64,000 bases of DNA from Bilabrum cf. latius. Lineage: Eukaryota. The position numbers were made by a program, and so were the translations under genes. The notes beneath the pieces are model-generated. The model was not told the origin of the DNA. It saw nothing but the letters and a program-made list of their open reading frames with translations, and made no database searches. The first letter of the stretch is position 1. The number at the start of each line of letters is the position of its first letter. Location: positions 992,001-1,056,000 of the forward strand of contig OZ237746.1 of assembly GCA_965178125.1 (NCBI GenBank), read 5' to 3'. Shown piece by piece: positions 60,701-64,000 of this stretch.

Positions 60701-63700
60701 TGGTCCTCCGCTCCCGCAGCCGCCTCCTCCCGCAGCTCCCCCGGAAGGCCCTCTGCAGCTGCGCCGCCGCGAAGGACGTCGCGAGGAACAGCCGCCTGGC
60801 CTCGGCCCGCGCCCGCCCCTGCCGCCCCCTCTCGGCGCGCTGCAGCAGCCGGGTGGCCCCCACCACGCGCCGAAACTCGGCGGCGATGCGGCGCCCCCCG
60901 GTGCCCCTCCACAGCCTCTGCAGGTTGGTGGCCGACCGCGTGGCGGCGCCGCGCAGCCGCGCCGCCCGCACCCTCGTCTGCACCCCGCGCACCAGCGCCT
61001 GGATGGCGATCGAGGCCTCGAAGGGGTCCCACACGTGCAGCGTCACGCCGGCGGGGGGCTCCGTGTCGGCCCAGTGCGCGGGCGCCCGCCGCCGGAGCGT
61101 CCCTCCCCCGACCCTGCCCGCCCGCCGCGCGTACTCCCGTCTCCACCGCGCGTGAGGATGCTCCGGGGGCGCAAACACGCTGACCCCGATGTAGGGCAGA
61201 GCCTGCGCCTCCCGCGCCTGCCGCACGAGCTCCTCTTCCCGCTCGGCCGCGGCCCGCGCCGCCTCCCTCCGCGCCGCCTCAGCCTCACCTCGCCTCTGCT
61301 CCTCCTGCCGCCGCACCCGCCGGGCCGCCTCCTCGGCGGCGGCCTCCTGCCGGCGCTAGGCCTCCCTCGCCCCTGCCACCGCGGCCGGCCCCGAGGCGCG
61401 CACGGCCTGCTCGACGCGCTGGGCACGGGTGGAGAACGCGTCGGGCCGCGCGAAGGACTCCGTAGGCGCTCCGGCCCGGCCCCGGTGCCCGCCGTCCAGC
61501 GAGTCCTCTCCGAGGCGTGGCTCGGCCCGCGCCACGTCCGCCTCTCCCCCTTCCTCCTCCTCCTCCTCCCCCACGCGATACGAGTCCCCATCAGCCCCAG
61601 AGGTCGGGCGGCCGTGGTCCTGCCGGTGGGCCGCAGGTGGTGGCGCCTCGTAGTCGAGGTAGCCGTCGGGGCCCACGCGCATGCGGCCGCACGCCTCCGC
61701 CTCGTCCAGCAAGTACCCGTGGGCCCACAGCACCGCGGCCCTCTCGTCCTCGCCCTCGCCCTCCTGTTCGTTGCGGAGCAGCTCGTCGCCCGGACCGGGC
61801 GCGCCGGGCAGGGGCGGCAGCAGCTGTGGGCCGCCCGTGATGCTGTGGAGGTCCCGTGCCGCGCGGGTCCTCTCGACATCTGCCAGCCTGCGCTCCGCAT
61901 CGGCGAGCAGCAGCGGATTCCCATCCAGGGCGGGAAGGGGAGGCGCCTCCTCTCCGTCCAACATAGCCTCGTCACTCTCCGCCGCCGCGCCTGCACCTGC
62001 ACCTGCACCTGCACCTGCACCTGCACCTGCACCTGCACCGCCGCCAGCAGCGTCGTGCCCACCGTCCTTTTTGCCGCCGCCCGCCCACCGGCCGCGCGCA
62101 GAGTGCGCCTCCCCGCCCAGGCCCGCCTCAGCCTGAGTCTTGGACTCGAGGGACCACCCGCCGCCGCGGATGCCGCCCGAGGCAGAGCTCGCGCTTGCGC
62201 CCGGACCCCCACGCCCGGCCCGGCCCCTGCGCCTCACGGCAGCCCCCAGCCACGGCAGGGCGGCCCCCACCACCTGGAGGTCTCCCATGGCCTTGCCCAG
62301 ATACGGCACGCCCCCGTGCACGAACGGGGGCCAGTGCCCGCCCCCTTCCTCCCCCGCAGCAGGCCCCGAGGCGCGCTCCCTCCGGACAGCGTCCTCCTCC
62401 AGCTGCACCAGCGCGGAGGGCACCGCGCCCTGCCTAGCCGCCGCTGCCTCCCTCTGCGCGGCCCATCGGCTGCGGCTGGCCGCCCTCCAGCGCGCCACGG
62501 CCCCCACCAGCTGCATGCCCGCCTCCCGCAGCCGGTGCACGAGGTCCCCCGACGACTCGCGCGCCTGCGCCCTGGCCGCCGCAACCGCCTGCCGCTGCTG
62601 CCGAGTGCCCGTGGGCGCCGACTCGCGGGCCGCTTTCTCCGCAGCCGCCGCGTGCGCCCCCAGCCGCACGGCCCTCCTGAGCAGCTCCTCCCGCTGCACC
62701 GCCGCGACCACGCAGTCCCTGTGCAGCGCGTCCAGCTGGTCCACCGTGACTCCAGGTTTCCCTTCCCGCGCCTGTGCTTCCTACCGCTCTCCCTGGGCGA
62801 GCGACGGCCGGCTGTCGCGGCCCCACGGGACCTGTCCCACCCTCGCGGCGCTGGAGGAGGCTGCACCAGCAGCAGCAGCAGCAGGGGTGTTGGCTGGGGC
62901 GGGCAGGCTGGGGAGCCGCCCCGACAGCCTGCCCGCTTCTCTGGCGGCTGCAGCCGGCAGCATGCCGCTGTCTTCAAACGCGGTGACGCTGGCGCTGGCA
63001 CCCAGGGCTGCACCCAATCTCTTGCCACCATCTACATCGCCGCCTGCCAGGGAGCGGGGGGGGCGTTGCGGCATCATCCGGCGAACACCGAGCGTCACGG
63101 AATGCCCCGCCACTCCAGCAACCGCCGCCTCCCTCGCCGCCCTCCTGACAGCCAGGGAATCGGCCGGACCCATCGACCCGCCGAGCCGGGAGCCCAGCGC
63201 CGCCCCCGCCCCCGCCCCCGCCCCCGCCCCCGCCCCCTCGTGCGCGTCCTGCGACCCTGCGGCCCGGCCCGCGTAGCCGCGGCTGGCACTGGCCATTGGG
63301 GCGTCTAGCAGGGCCATAAGCTCGCCGCCCGCCCGCGCCCGCGCCCGCGCCCCCTCTTCCCCCAATGCAGCAGCCGGCACGGCACGCCCTGCCTGGCCTG
63401 CCTGCCCGCCGCTGCGGCGCGCCTACCCGGATAGGGCGCTGCGACCCTCATCGGACAGGAAGGTGGCCGCTGCAGAGCCACGAGCCGCGCGTGGTTGCGC
63501 TCGGTTGAGCCATTTTCGGCGGGCGCTCAGCTGCTCGGCGCGCTCGGCTCGCTGCGACCGGCGCAGGCGCTTCTGAAATCCGTCGGTGCGGTTGATGGGG
63601 CAGTTGGGGTCGAGCGACGCATCATATTCGGGGATGCCTCCAGCACCAACTTGTTGACGATTGGTACCACCCGCAGACCCGCTTCGGGCCCCAGCTCCAG

Positions 63701-63929
63701 GATCGTAGCCAGGTCTCGGGCGAACGCTCTGGCTCATTGGCTCGTCGATGCGAGGGTGGCCACGGTCACGCGCTCTTCGACTTGTTGCGGCTCGGCTACC
63801 ACCCCCTTGATCATCATGCAAGCTACTCATCGATCTTGCTTGCCTGCGCAAGGATTCAGACGGTGCTTTTGCTCCGCGACCACCATCGTCGCTCTCTTTG
63901 CCCCATGCCTGTGGCAGGCTAGGCAACAT
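45720..63929 (-). CDS. Giant (~6070 codon) Ala/Gly/Arg-rich protein with coiled coil and 4 IQ calmodulin-binding motifs; requires TAG read as sense
   Basis: Sixteen ORF-track entries share one frame (all stop coordinates divisible by 3). Fifteen separators are TAG and the last stop is TGA (45720-45722). I translated the gaps between the ORFs and found no other stops. First ATG is at 63929, although the frame stays open to the window edge. Small in-frame introns cannot be excluded. Confidence 0.82.
60721..61004 (-). other. Cluster of four IQ motifs within the giant CDS
   Basis: IQALVRGVQTR, LQRLWRGTGGRR, LQRAERGRQGR and LQRAFRGSCGRRR fit [IL]QxxxRGxxxR at regular spacing. Confidence 0.85.
61990..62037 (+). 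repeat. (CCTGCA)8 coding microsatellite (Ala-Gly run on the minus strand)
   Basis: Direct reading. Similar frame-preserving repeats occur at ~63201-63237 (CCCCCG), ~54708-54738 (GGTTCK), ~55984-56013 (GAA/GAC) and ~48320-48354 (12-mer). Confidence 0.9.
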
Positions 63930-64000
63930 GTACCCCTCTCGTTCCGCTTTCCAGAGAGACAGGCAAGGCACTTGTACAATGCTAGCAATCGATAGAATAA

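Noticed and set aside
59073-63308. 1411-aa + strand ORF and other long + strand ORFs (e.g. 58591-61155, 49891-51585)
   Set aside because: Stop-poor antisense shadows of a very GC-rich minus-strand gene. They show no recognisable motifs, whereas the minus frame has IQ motifs and a coiled coil.
45720-63971. Reading the 16 minus-strand ORFs as separate genes or as a pseudogene
   Set aside because: All share one frame, are separated only by TAG with no intergenic room, and show no frameshifts or internal TGA/TAA. Random decay would not give this pattern.

Overview
This is eukaryotic (protist) nuclear DNA in two parts. Bases 1-41236 are the transcriptionally upstream edge of a tandem rDNA array on the minus strand. 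It holds four near-identical 18S-ITS1-5.8S-ITS2-28S units (canonical period 9545 bp) and a divergent 5S gene in every intergenic spacer. Two of the four 18S copies carry different ~120-bp deletions. Bases 41237-64000 are single-copy flank: an intron-containing histidine-phosphatase (PGAM-like) gene broken by a 200-N gap, a solitary 5S gene, a decayed F-box/LRR gene, and a very large minus-strand gene. The main observation is that 16 apparently separate minus-strand ORFs between 45720 and ~63929 lie in one frame and are separated only by TAG codons. There are 15 in-frame TAG, no TAA and no internal TGA, and the frame ends at TGA, giving one ~6070-codon IQ-motif protein. In-frame TAG also falls inside the PGAM and F-box domains. 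This points to a nuclear genetic code in which UAG is a sense codon (most likely Gln), possibly uncoupled from UAA. The compact ~1.70-kb 18S and very GC-rich genes tentatively suggest a bicosoecid stramenopile such as Cafeteria; this is unverified.
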